DNA of 64,000 nucleotides from Nageia nagi (lineage: Eukaryota > Plantae > Pinophyta). The notes beneath the pieces were generated by a model, which ran no database searches, was not told where the DNA came from, and saw nothing but the letters and a program-made list of their open reading frames with translations. Shown here piece by piece: positions 25,584 to 38,631 of this stretch (position 1 is the first letter of the stretch; each line of letters begins with the position of its first letter). The DNA lies in the NCBI GenBank assembly GCA_050084985.1, contig JBITNC010000002.1, positions 15,810,001 through 15,874,000 of the forward strand, given 5' to 3'. The translations under genes and the position numbers were made by a program.

Positions 25584-28500
25584 CAAATTAGATTTGTAAC
25601 ATAACACAAATATAGCTCCAAAAGTGCTCAATTCACATAGATTCCCATGCATAATGAAGATAGAAGCATACAAAAATATATAGTAACATGCATTCATATT
25701 TAAGATGCAATATGAGAGCCAATATTATCAATAATGAACCAAGAATAAGTATAGGGTTATAACAAGCTTGTAACAAGTTCTAGGAAAAATCCCAAGACTT
25801 AAGAATACTCAAACTAAACTCCTTAAGGTTGGTGCATATCCCAAGAAGGCTCCTAAGCTAGGAAAAAATCTCAAGATATCTCCCAATGGTTAGCGTAAGC
25901 TTCCAAGTGGTAAGTATGATAGGTGCAAGCTCTTCAAGAGATGTATAAGTTTAGATGAACTACTTATAGGCTATGGAGTAGCCCTAAGCCCTATAAGGTA
26001 GAGAAGGGAAGCATCCTTCAACTCTAAATGATCCAAGATTGAATACAAAAGAAATATCTTCAAGTGATGCTTTAATCTTCCTTATATAGGTGATTATACC
26101 TTGAAAATATCAATAATTATGATCTTGGTTGACCTTAAAATAAAATTTCTTTCTTCTAGCTGATTTTCCCTGATCAATTCTAGTGCTTATGATCTTGAAG
26201 ATTAGCTCAGCTGGAGAAATTAAAAACACAATATATCCCTCATTTATTCATGAAACAATGTCATGTAACCTTTCAAAATGATTGGTAAAAGATTCTCCAT
26301 CTATTTCAAAATATAAATTACTAATCCCAAACATGTGATGAAATTTATGCTTTCTACATGGTTTCTCAAAGTTAGGGACATTACATAATTTTAGAAATAA
26401 AGCACTCCTAATCTAAGTGCTAAATATCATAATGAATAGGCATGAGGTATGATGTCTAAATGCCCTAAATTAGGGATATTAGAAAGAATACATCCTATCT
26501 TGTACTTGGCAAACCAAGGAGATATTTGACATCTTAAGGCATTGGAAGACTCCCACACTTGGATGTTGGGCTCATGAAGAGGTTTGGACCATTCTATGAT
26601 TATTTGGGTATCCTTAGATATCCAAATATCATCCTTAGAGGCTTTATAGCATGTGGTGTGGATACTTAGGTGCATGCCAATACCCAATAACCCAATGTTG
26701 GAATTCTAGGCCCATGGATAAGATAACACTCATCTCAAGGACTCCTAGATGATCAAAGGTGTTTGATTATTATTATGATTTTTTCTTCTTGGTTAGGGCA
26801 TTTCTCTTTCATATTACACTTCTTAAGAGTGAGGGACTTATAGCAAGGTGCAGTACAAGACTTACATGGCACACACTTGTGGGTTGGTCCAACCTAAGTT
26901 TATAGCTAGCTATCTAAGAAGTATTGGTATTACCCTCATATTAGAAGAATGCTACTAGTGGATCTTAGATATTCCACCATAGCTATTGGAGGAGGAATCC
27001 TTGGTGCAATACTTGCCATACTATATATTTGAGCCCTAGAGTATCAGTGTTCATCACTTGAGAATTGTAATTGATATCTCCATTTCATTATCAATAAGCA
27101 AGTACATTGTTCTTTCTTTTAATTACTATTTGTGCATGCTATTACTGTGTTGTATATTCCTTAGCATAATTTAGTAATTTATCGAGTGTTTTGTATCACC
27201 AATTTGGAAATTGGATTTGTTGATGATATTTGTATGTTTAATGTAATATTATTTCTCACTTTTTGAATGTTTGACATAATTAATTAGTGAGGGTTTGATA
27301 TTACATATTTTCACTCGATAAAAATACATTGGGCATTTTATGCATTATTGAGGTGATTATTCTATTAGAAGTGTGATGTGTGATCCTAGGGAGCATTTTG
27401 CACTAGATATGAGGCTTGATATGTGGATGTCCCTCTCCTAGGTACAATTGTACTATTTGCATCTCTAGTTTGTGTAGTATTTAGAGTGAGACTAACAAGG
27501 CCTTATCAAAGTGGTATCAGATTCAATATCTTACTATCCTATTAGGTAAGATCTTGAATACAATATTATTTAGAGCTGATCCTAATGGAGTTTGGTAGAG
27601 TAATATCTTATCATCTTGTTGGAAGATCTTGAAGACTAAAGAATTTTTGGAGGAGCTAAGTCTTATCATCCTACTGAAATACTTTAGCATTATAGTGGTA
27701 TTCTTTCATAATGAAAATATCAAGAAATATCACAATGGTTTCAAGAATAATCTAAATATTACATCATAGTGATATCAAGAGATCATTTCATCATTCAGAT
27801 CTAATTAAGAGTTCAATTTTCAACATCAAATTTTGATTTTTGGCCTCTTAGTAGGCAACATTGAGGTTTGAGGCTTCAAATTCCATTCATGGGCCTCCTA
27901 GTAGAAAAATTTAGAGTTTAGGGTATCAAAATTATGGTTTTGATGATCTGGAAGATAAATGTTAGGGTCTAAGTACTAGATCTCACCCTTGGAGCTGGAC
28001 ATTTATCTTGTCTTAATCATATTACATGATTTCAATACTTTCAGGAGATGAAGAAGTTAATTTGTATCATAGTGGTACTTTGGAGCTAAAGGAGATCTAG
28101 GATTAATTAATTTTTTCCAAGGCCCTAAGCAAGATTAATTTGGAGAGGAGTTTACTTTGGATATATGAAATTCTGAGAAATTAAAGATTAAAAATTAAGA
28201 CTACTAGAGAAATATATTGAAGAATTTTTAAAGATTTTGGAAAAATTGAAGCCATCAACTGACTTGTTGCATCCATGAAAACTCACTTTTGGCTTGAGAT
28301 TTTATTTGTGATCCCCTAAAGGAAAATGTGGGATCTTTAGCATCCAAATTGCTAATCATGGGCATATAAGTCCAAACATAGAAGTTTCTTGCACCAAATC
28401 ATAGTATCGAGGTATGGAAGGTTGGACATGGGTCCCTGATACTAATTCAAACCATTTCATCATCAAAGCTTGCACGTAGATCAAGCTTGTTTCACTTTAT

Positions 28501-30354
28501 GAGGCTCTATTTTCCAAGTTTGATAAAATTTTGAAATTTTAAAATTTAGTTTCTACAATTTGATTTTTTATTTACAAGAAGGGAAAAATAAAGAGAAAAA
28601 AGGAAAATTTTATTTTCATTATTTACAATTAAAAATAAAATTTAATTTGATAAGTAAATTAAATTAGGAGGAAAAGGTGAAAATTAATTTTAATTTAATT
28701 TGATAAGCAAATTAAATTAGGAGAAATAAGGTGTATTTATTTAATAGTGTTCAAGAAATTTAAATTTTGGTGGGAAATTAAGATGCAAATGTAAAAAGAA
28801 AATTTAAATAATTTTGAGATGTTATAAAGCCATATGTTGAGGTAGTAGGTAAGGACAAAATTTTTGAAAGCTAAAATTTGAAATTAGAGAGCTAGAGATA
28901 GTCATTTGGTAATAAGAGAGCTTGGAGACCTTTGTGGTACTTTTAGGGAGTTCATTTGGCACCTAGGTGATTGGGAAGCATCCATTGACCACCTGAGGGA
29001 TAAGTAATCATTAGGAGACACTTCATTGGATCTTGGAAGCTAAATTCCAATCTTGAAGAAGTTCATTGGGTTTGTGATTGCTCTTCCTCACCATCTCACC
29101 CTCTAGGAATAGTTTGTCCACCTTAGGGAGCTTGATTCAAAATTTCTTAGGGAAATTCTCAAACATAAGCATATTGAGGAGGAAATACATTTAGAATACC
29201 ATGGCATCTTTAGGAATGAATAGGGATGAAGCATATCTTTGAAGGATCCTAAGAAAGTACTGAGTTTATTATTGCAAGGAACCATGGAGATCAATCGCCA
29301 TGTGAAGGCCAAGAATTGACTATTGAAAGGGCATCAATGGTAAGAATCAATCACAAGGGTAATATCCACTAAGAGGAATACACATGTGGGTAGAATAAGG
29401 AAAACATAATTAGTCATGGGTAAACATCCACTATACTACCTCACTTATAATATCCTTGAGCAAATTGTTCTAAGTATATTCGACTCTTCCACAACATATT
29501 AAGGAAGCACTAAGTTTTTGAGATTTTATAAGGATAGGAAGATGAGAATCATGTGCCATATAAGATAATATATCAAAATTCTTAAAGGAAACAAGTGAAG
29601 AGGCAAATAGTGACAAAAATTAGACCTTTTTCAATACCATCTAGATGCAGAGAAGATGATACTCTTAAGACACATAGTGGGATAAGAATCTAAGCTCAAA
29701 GAATACCTTAAAGTTACTACGATAACTATAAGGAGAATTGGGTACCCTATCAATCCAATAATCCCAACCAAGGAAAAATTAGCATTACCCAAGGGTTTGT
29801 AGCAAGGAATAACCTTCCAACCAAGTTCATGGAAGAAATATGTGTCACCAATGCTAATCGATACTACACATTGTGCAAATGAACAATGAGACTTTGGATC
29901 AATATGCATAACTACATTCTTAAGGATGAATTTTATGTCTTTTCTCAAGATAGTTTGCAGTAAGCATTGCTTGGAGTATAATGTATGTATCCCTTGGAAG
30001 TTATATAGAGGAATGTCCAAAGCATGAAGATAAGTTTTTCATCCAAAGGATAAAGGGTCACCATCAAGGGAATAAGGGATAGTTATGGCAAATATTTGAT
30101 ATTAGTGCATAAGAATTCAATCATTGATGCCATGGTTACCATCAAAAGAGCTACATTTGACTAACCTCTTATATATAACTTGACTAAAATAAAGAGGAAT
30201 GTGGTATTTGATCAAAAGAACTAGTCAGAGTTTGTTAATTCTAGTTTCTCCATGACACATGATTGTGAGGAAGAAGAGAAGGATCAAGAAGACTTTGTTG
30301 CAGCTAAAGTTATTCTGAATTGCTTAGGGACAAGCAATTTAGGAAGGACAAAAT

Positions 30355-31801
30355 TGTAATGTCCCCATTTTTATGGTGTTTTACCCATTTTTTCACTGTA
30401 AAATGGGAACATTTAGTTAGAAATATTTTTATTTAATTTTAGTAATTTAATAGATATTTGGTTTTCACTTGGAGATTAGTTAATTTCTCTGATTATGGGA
30501 TATTGGGTCTATTTTAGCATGTTAGATGTTATTTTATATTTAATTATGCCAATAATGATGTATTAGTGATACTAAGAATAATTATTAATTGTAAATGCAA
30601 TATTAGTTACCTGATTTGGGGCATTGCATATTAAGAGCCTTGATGAATGTAAATTAGTATTTAATAGGCCTCTCTTGAATTAATTACTTCCCTTTCGAGA
30701 TAGACCATGAACCAAGGTGATTTCACCTATCTCAAGGTACCAAGAAGATATCCTAGCTTGGACATGGTAAACTAAGAAGATATTTAGCATCCCAAGGCAT
30801 CGAAAGACTCCCATACTTGGATGTTGGGCTCATAAGGAGGTTTGGACTATTTAATGAGTATTTGGTCATCTCATACACCCATGTATCTCCCTTGAAGGCT
30901 TTCTATCATATGGCATAGATACTTAGGTACATGGAAATCCCCAACAACCCAATGTTAGGTACATGATGACACTCATCCCAAGGCACCTCATCTTGTACAT
31001 TGGTTATGTGAGCATATAGATCACCCTTGTACACTATTATATCAATCTCAATACATGATTAGAAGATAAGCTACTTATCCTATTTAAGGAGGAATCCTAG
31101 AAGATCAAAGGTATTCGATTATTATTATAATTTTTTCTTCTTGGTTAGGGTGTTTTTCTTCCAGATTCCACTTCTTGAAAGTGAGGTATCTATAGCAGGG
31201 TATAGTAAAGGACTTATGTGGGCACATATTTGGGGGTTGGCACAACCCAAGTTTACAACTAGCTATCCAAGGGGTGTTGGTATTATCCTCATATTAGAAG
31301 AATATTACTAGTGGATCTCTGAGACTCCACCACAGCTGCTGGAGGAGAAAGCCCTGGTGCAAGCCTTGCCACACTATGGATATGAACCTTGGAGCATTAG
31401 TCTTCATCACTTGAGCATTGTAATTGAGATCTCCATTTCATTATCAATAAGAAATTACATTATTCGCTCTTGAAATTACTATTTGTGCATGCTATTATTG
31501 TGTTTTATCCTTGGCATAATTTAGTAATTTATCAAGTGTTTGGTATCACCATTCTGGATGTTGGCTTTGTGGATGATATTTGCATGTTTAATATAATATT
31601 ATTACTTTATGCTTGAACGTTTGATATAATATTATTATTATTGAGGTGATTATGCCATTAGAAGTGTGATGTGGGCTCCTGAGAAGAATTTCGTACTAGA
31701 TCTGAGGCTTGGTATGTGGATGTCCCTCTCCTAGGGAAAATTGGGCTATTTGCATCTCTAGTTTACACAACATTCAGAGTGAGCCTAACTAAGGCTCATC
31801 A
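30355..31801 (+). repeat. 3' LTR of Gypsy A (~1.45 kb)
   Basis: Aligns to 12162-12565 and 26489-27508. Confidence 0.9.
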
Positions 31802-32620
31802 TATGATGATTGTTTATTATTTCTTCGAGGTCCACGGTGGTGTCGACTAGAGGAAATGTTGTATAGAGTTTGGCTTTACTTTTAACATTTCAAAAATCCT
31901 CCATAAGATTGCACGAGTCTTTCCCATCCTATGAAATCATGGATTCCCCATTGGCTAACCTTCATAGATTTTGAAATAATTTTACAGAGATGTCCCATCC
32001 ATCTGCTTTGCATTGGATAATATATCTCCTTCGCAAACCATCCTCTTACACCACCACCGTTAATGTATTTTACATCATAGACACCTTTGCTCTGTTTCTA
32101 TGGGTCAGAAAACTATGATAAAATCTTGCACCTTTCGAAGCAATCTCTCCACCATATCAACACCTCCCTACAATACATATCTCGCTCTCTTCCTATTTTA
32201 CAGTCAGTGTAGTCCCTGAATCTAGATTGGATGATGCACCTCGTCATTCCTTTCTGTCGACTATTTAAACGTATTCATTTTGTGCATCTCTTGCGATCAT
32301 TGCAATCCCTCCAACTATGGCTTCTATGTGGACCTTTTCAACATATTTTTTTGTGCACATCCTACGAGTATATGGTAATCCCAATATTTCCAAACCTCAT
32401 CCATTGGTCTGGACCAAAAATTGTTCTTTGGTTCCCCATATTCTTCTCCTAGAGCTTATACCTGTCAGTCGTTTTTAGCATCCAGCTAACTATAGTGGTA
32501 GTGGTAGTTCTCACATGCTACCATTCTTCTTTCTGTTAACCCAAATCTTGCATGTAGGTGGCCAACTCATCTCCCACAACTCTACATTGTATTCAGGCGA
32601 AAAGATCTCTCATTATGAAT
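31802..32620 (-). mobile_element. Old Copia-like relic, right part (gag end/protease)
   Basis: Minus strand reads LDSGTTLTV (aspartic protease motif) near 32200-32226, with a Cys/His-rich stretch upstream. Confidence 0.4.
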
Positions 32621-33921
32621 TCTCCAAAAATAGAGTATTCTCTTTAATTTAAATAACACTTCGATAATATTTTAATATTTAATGTCTATAATTCTCAAAA
32701 TATGATTTAAATATTAAGATCTTCAATATTAATATTAAGATCTCTATTTAATTAGCAGGAATTATTAGTAACTATTAAGTTTCTTCCAAATATAACAATA
32801 TTTAGAAGAGATAATTAAAATACTATATTTTTAGGTAAACATAATATCTTATGAGAACATTTGAACTATCAATTTTACACTTAGCCTCATAAATCTTGAG
32901 AGATCATCCTCTTCTTACCATTTATTTAGGGTATCTAAAAGGGCTTCAAAAATTGGTCCATGACATACTTCCTTGCTAAGATTAAACACAATCCGCTGTG
33001 TTGTGACTAGCAAGAGAAAACAAAATAAATCTCATTCATTAAAACATAAATTCCATTTTCAAAAGTGCTTATACCTTATTAATATCATTCCAAAAAGGTA
33101 ATCTTTAAGCATATTTCCAACTTTCAAGTTTTTCATAAAGAAGAGATCACAAATTTTGTATGTAAAAGTTAGTTCTTGATCTTTATAACTTGATCATTCA
33201 AATCCAAAATGGTTGTGGGTATGTTGCAACTATAGTACTTCTATAAAATAAAAAAGAAAAAAAACAAAATTCATAAAACAGTAGAAACATAAGAAAAAAT
33301 ATTAGTCATCCATTCTAGTAAAGATCTACTTCATATCTTCTATTATCAAAGTTCTATTCTCTTTCTTACATATACATATAAGCTTATGCTTGTCTAAAAG
33401 ATTCTAAAATCTAAAAATACAGTATTAAAAATACTTAGTGATAGCTTTCCACTCAGAGTTACATTCTTCATATTACAAATTTAGAATAATTCATTTTTTA
33501 TAATATATTATACTTTATATTTAAAAGAAAAATTTACTAAAATACTCATATAATTTATTGCAATTACAAAAATACTCCTACTTTTTCTAAAATTATAAAA
33601 TACCCCTACAATACTTAGAAATTTTTAATATAAACTTGCCTTAATGTATGCTTTTAAGAAATTATTTATTTACTTCAAGCTTGACATAGAGCATAGAATC
33701 GCCTTCTGGGTTATTGATCATGATTTTAGGCGGCTTAATCTGCAGATTCATTAGTAATGAACTAGAATTTAGATAGAGGGACAGGCTTTTGAGATAATTC
33801 ACAGATAGTTCAGTAGCTAGATAACATCATTTAAGATCTTTGAAGGCAGAAGAGATTAAACTAGAAATTGCAGGAGAAAATTTCTCACTGGCTAGTGGAA
33901 TATCTTACTTTCGGTTTTGAA

Positions 33922-34507
33922 TCATGTTGTTTGTGCCTTAGCTGGGCACATCGTGAGGATCACTATGAATAGTAAAATAACCCCCCACGTTTGCATTGTG
34001 GATTGGAATGCCTTCCATGCGTTCATTTTGACCAAACGACCTAGCAACAACATGATTAAATGAACCAGTAGAATGATGGATGCACAATATGCAGCAAAAA
34101 GTGCTACTTCGAAGTAGTTGTTCATGTGGTTAAGAGATTGTAAAATTAATTGCAACTATTTATTATTCAACGCTTTGAAAATGTTGATCATATTCTCTTG
34201 AAGACGTTCTTGCAGCTGAATGGTTGTATTTTCCACCATTTTGAACCTCTCGTCCACAAGATGTTGAAAACAAGTGGTAACATGGATGACTGTATCAAGT
34301 TCTGCTTCATTTATATTTTCGCCATTCCAGATGAACGTGTAATATTCTTTAGTGACTCGTGCATAAGGAGAAACTAAGACAACTAGCAATTTTCGCTGAA
34401 TGAACATCATCCCCAAGAGCAAGGCTAATGCATTTATGAATATTGTTACTTTTACTACAACATTTCCCTATGTACGTCAGCAGTAGAAGGAAGAGTTGCA
34501 TGTCCAT
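33922..34507 (-). pseudogene. Unknown locus, copy 1: near-open frame with hydrophobic segments (pseudogene or lncRNA)
   Basis: ORFs 34156-34422 and 33922-34155 share a frame, separated by a single TAG. TATATAAA at 34582-34589 lies upstream of an ATG at 34507. Weak similarity to copies 2 and 3. Confidence 0.35.
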
Positions 34508-36359
34508 CTATAGGATGTTAAAGAAGAAGATGATCAAGATTCAATCTTTGTGGCTATCGTGATGATAACAAAAAATTAAAGTTTATATATAAAATTTTTG
34601 GATGATCGGAATATTTTCATAATTTTGAAAACAAAAAGTAATTTTTTGAAAATATGATGAATTATAGAGGTATTTGGGTAATTTTCCCTATTTAAAATTA
34701 CTTGTAAATATGTGGAAAACTAAAATATTGCAGCAACTATTATCTGTAACAGTTGGAGTCTGTCACCTGTGCCAGTGTGTAAGAGATTTCTCAGGTTATG
34801 AGAGGACCTTCTATTGCATGTTTGTTTTTCTAGTCAAAATGGCAGTTCTGAACGCATGATAAGATTCCGTCTAAAAACTGTTCATTCTAATTGACATATT
34901 TTTCATAAATTAAGTATTCAAGTTACTGTAACTTTCAACGTGCTCAATCTTACGCTTGCTTATATCTGACTTTCTAGATGGTAGACCTGTACATGTTGTA
35001 GATAAAATAATTTCGTTTGAGAATTGTTTGTACTAAAGCCAACAGCAACATTGTCTGAATCTTCTTTTACAACTTCTCTATTACATTTTTCAATTGAGAG
35101 CCAACAATCTATGAAATGTGGAATAGGAAAAATGGAATTATCTTTTCCTGGAGCTATACTCCACAGCTTGAGACACAGAATTCACAGCCAAACATTGAAC
35201 ATCTGTTGATATATAACATTGATTGAAATTTAGGTTTAATGAACGTAAACCATTTTTTTGTGACAGGCAAACAATAACCTGAATCTTCTGGTTATTAGAG
35301 ATAAAAAGAGACATACTTAGAATGATAGGCCTGCATAAATTAGGGTTTTCTTATATGAGCAAAAAACCGTTGAAATACTCTCTATGATAATATTTCTTAG
35401 CATGTCTTTGTAATAACACAACATGAATCAAATCTTATAAGGCCGATCATAATCACAACTTATGCTATAAGAAAGCTAACTCTCCAAAGGATTGACGGCC
35501 GCAAAGATATAACTTAGATAACCGTCCCTTTTTATATATACTGATAAGATAATCGGAGTAAAGAAAGTTGGTTAGTTTTTGCATTAACCAAATTGTCAAG
35601 CCAATATTTACATGACCATAATTCATTGTGAGTAACGGAACTACATAAAAATCACTTAAATAATTACAATCAAGTACATACAGGAGCAAGAAGGCATTGG
35701 CTTTAGTCCTTTGTACTAGAGGCGGTTAAATGTGGGAACATCACAAACCTGTAAATATAAATATCATTTCAAAATGACACAAGTACTTAAATTCTCTAAC
35801 ATAAGTAATAGTCTGTGAAATCCATAGAAAAGAACCATCTCAATCAAAATACAAAGTGCTAGCAGTGAAATCCATCTTAAATCACAATACCGATACTTCT
35901 AATGCGATACATGATTGGCATAATGTGCATACATATATAAAATTACAGGGTTTTGCTGTCTAACAAATGTAAAACCTTCTAAACTGATAAGAAGAGTAAA
36001 CAGAAAATTAAGTTTAAAATTGAGAGAAAGGCTTGGGCCTTCCTATGCCGATATATGTTGACTTGCCCTTATGTTCCCTTCTTTGTGATTTTGATCGTAT
36101 AAGAGGAGATCACAGCCATGGGAACTTTCATTCATGCTCCCCTTATCCGGGCATTAAATCACCGTACCAACTTGTGATTCCATCCTCTTTAACATCTCCA
36201 TGGATAACATAAGCCATACACCTGACCAATGCCAGCTGCATATCTGGAGACTTATAAGCTATAAGAGAGGGGAGGTTGTTTCCCATTTTTTTGTATCAGA
36301 CATTAATGGTATACAAATCTGTACAGGTTGCCCTACCATATATAGAAAGTATAGAGACT

Positions 36360-36834
36360 GAGGCCCAGTTGATGATTATAAAAACTAATATGGTGGCATG
36401 AACAAAGGTGGAATAAAGCAAACAGTAGCTTGGCTAGATGCACCTACCGTGAATATATTCAATATGTTCACGAAAGTGTTTTTTATCTGAAGTTGGCTTT
36501 CCTTAGGTCATAAATCATTAAAAGAGGAATCTGAATTGATCTGAGTGGTCATTGTCTGTGAATTACTTTGGTTTCTTCTTTAAATCTTGGCAAATCTACT
36601 TTATAGAAATGGGATCTCCAACAACATCGATAATTTTCCCTTTAGGGTTTGTTTAGTGGAATTCAGATAGTCTTTTCACGATTGACCTTTACTTTTGTAA
36701 CTCTGCAATGACCCTGATGTTTTCAAAGTACAAGCTCCGAAACATAAATCAGATTTACGTAACAAAACGAAATGCAGCCCTGCACGACCAAGTACTAGAA
36801 AATAATAGAACATGAATATAAACGAAAATCTCAT
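36360..36834 (-). other. Unknown locus, copy 2 (degenerate)
   Basis: 36530-36620 aligns with 46933-47033, and further shared blocks lie on both sides. Confidence 0.5.
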
Positions 36835-37932
36835 CTATAATAATAGGGTAATTAACTCCAGCGCTTGCGTAAATAGATGGTAAGCATTATTTTGAAAAAA
36901 CATTTAGATTAATGTTACAGTAAAGAGAAATTATTTAATTATCTTAATTATATATCTAAAAAAGTATATATCTTAAATATCTTTGGTTGAGTTATGATGT
37001 GTTGGTCTTGCTGAGATCTCTGATCTGTGTTCAGTGATTCATTTCTATAGACTAGTCGGTCTCCATAAGATTTTAATATAATTTATCTTTACCTTTATAA
37101 ATTATACAAACATAATTAAATAAAAATATAAAAATTTATAAATACAGTTGCATTATATATCACATAAGAATAATATTTATAAACAAAAATTATATAACAA
37201 AAATTAAATGTGAAATAATAATTAAATATGAAAAAAAAATTGTAGATTAATTTCAACCATCGGAATATTGTTAAATTTATGCACAAATGATGAATAAGCT
37301 TTGTACTTCCCTTTGTTTATCATTATCATTGTAGAACGTCTCTTAACATTAATTATAATGTATTAAATTAAAATATAGTAAATATTATTTTTTTAATGAA
37401 AACAATTTACAATAAAAATGTATAATACTTTACAATAAAAAAGTATGGGTTTATAAGGTACAATCATATATGTGTTCTTCAAAGTAACCCATATATTAGG
37501 TGAGGAATTATAAAAGAAAATAATAACCATATTTCCAACATTATGGGAATCACCTAGGAAATAACATGTTGGGAGGGGTAAACAGAGGTTCGTCATCATC
37601 TTCATTGGGTTTCCATAGGTAGGGCCACTATCAATATGATAGGGAAGTACCTATTTAGTCTTTTCCATCCCTTCTCCTTGAGAATCAACCCATCTAATGA
37701 TGGACCTTTGCTCTTTAGAGTGTGTATCCTCTCTACTAGTATGATGAGCCACACCAAGTCGAAGGGAATTTCAAGATAAAGTGATACATAGTGGTTATGA
37801 GCACGGGTGGATCGACGATTTGGAATGATCACATGGATTGCACGACATCTTTATGGGCTTTTCAAAATGGGTATAAGATATTAGAGATACCGAAGTTCTT
37901 GAGGTGGTTATATAAAGGTAACCCTAAGATAA

Positions 37933-38631
37933 AAGACTTTAAGTGAAGAAAGATTATTTAGGCTCAAGGTAGGAGGATCAAACTATATAAAATATGAAGA
38001 CCTAGAGTGATATGGAAGGGAAAATTACCCTTTTATCATTATGTTTTTCCACCACTGGTAGATAGGAAGATAGTTATAAGTAACCTAGTTTAACTCTAGA
38101 GTTGTATAATGTGTGAAGGATTTCTAAATATAGTAAAAAAATAATAATTATATTTTATTTATTTATTGCTTTCCTTAGGATAATTCAAGGAATACTTTCA
38201 ATTTAAAATGTTTGAATAGAAGACTCTAAGTGAAGAAAGATTATTTATGCTTAAGGTAGTAGGACCAAACTATATAAAATATGAAGACCCAAAGTGATAT
38301 CGAAGGGGAAAGTATCCATTTATCATTAATTTTTTCCACCATTGATAGATGGGAATATAGTTATAAGTAGCCTAGCTCGGTTCTAGAGTTGTACGATGGA
38401 GTATAAATATACCACCTCCAAATCTTCTGGCATGGTATTTAAGACTAGGAACCTATTTTATATGGCATGTAATTAGGTACATTATCTTATATGACCTCAA
38501 AGGGTTTATTATTTAAACATGTTAAATTAAAAGTATTTCTTGAATTATCCCAAGGAAGGTAATCTTAGGTTTGACATAAATAAAATATAAGTATTATTTT
38601 TATAGTACCATATTTAGAAATCCTTTACACA
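37933..38631. repeat. Composite of a direct repeat (37933-38111 / 38220-38398) and an inverted repeat (38111-38218 / 38509-38631)
   Basis: A ~180 bp imperfect direct repeat; the spacer between the copies recurs as a reverse complement downstream. Confidence 0.85.

Larger units (their letters stand above)
12566..26483 (-). mobile_element. Ty3/Gypsy element B (chromovirus-like), inserted in the 5' LTR of A
   Basis: LTRs at 12566-13585 and 17569-17753 plus 25589-26483. TSD aataa/aagaa; the uninterrupted A LTR has aagaa. Reversed Met-type PBS at about 17552-17567, reversed PPT at about 13586-13597. Degenerate gag at about 16.9-17.2 kb and a chromodomain-like tail at about 13.6-13.8 kb. Confidence 0.88.
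12162..31801 (+). mobile_element. Ty3/Gypsy element A, internally deleted; its 5' LTR is interrupted by element B
   Basis: 5' LTR = 12162-12565 plus 26489-27508; 3' LTR = 30355-31801 (TGTAATG...TCA). Primer-binding site (PBS) TGGTATCAGA at 27512; polypurine tract (PPT) just before 30355. The end sequence ttgcttagggacaagcaattt is shared with element B. The target-site duplication (TSD) is not clean. Confidence 0.85.

Noticed and set aside
36064-36153. miRNA-like hairpin (gttccc/gggaac, tgtgat/atcaca)
   Set aside because: The stems are short and interrupted, with no ~21-nt duplex.
36567-36589. miR2275-like sequence tttggtttcttctttaaatcttg
   Set aside because: Only the first 9 nt match; there is a mismatch at position 10, an indel is needed, no precursor hairpin is present, and the motif is disrupted in the paralogous copy.
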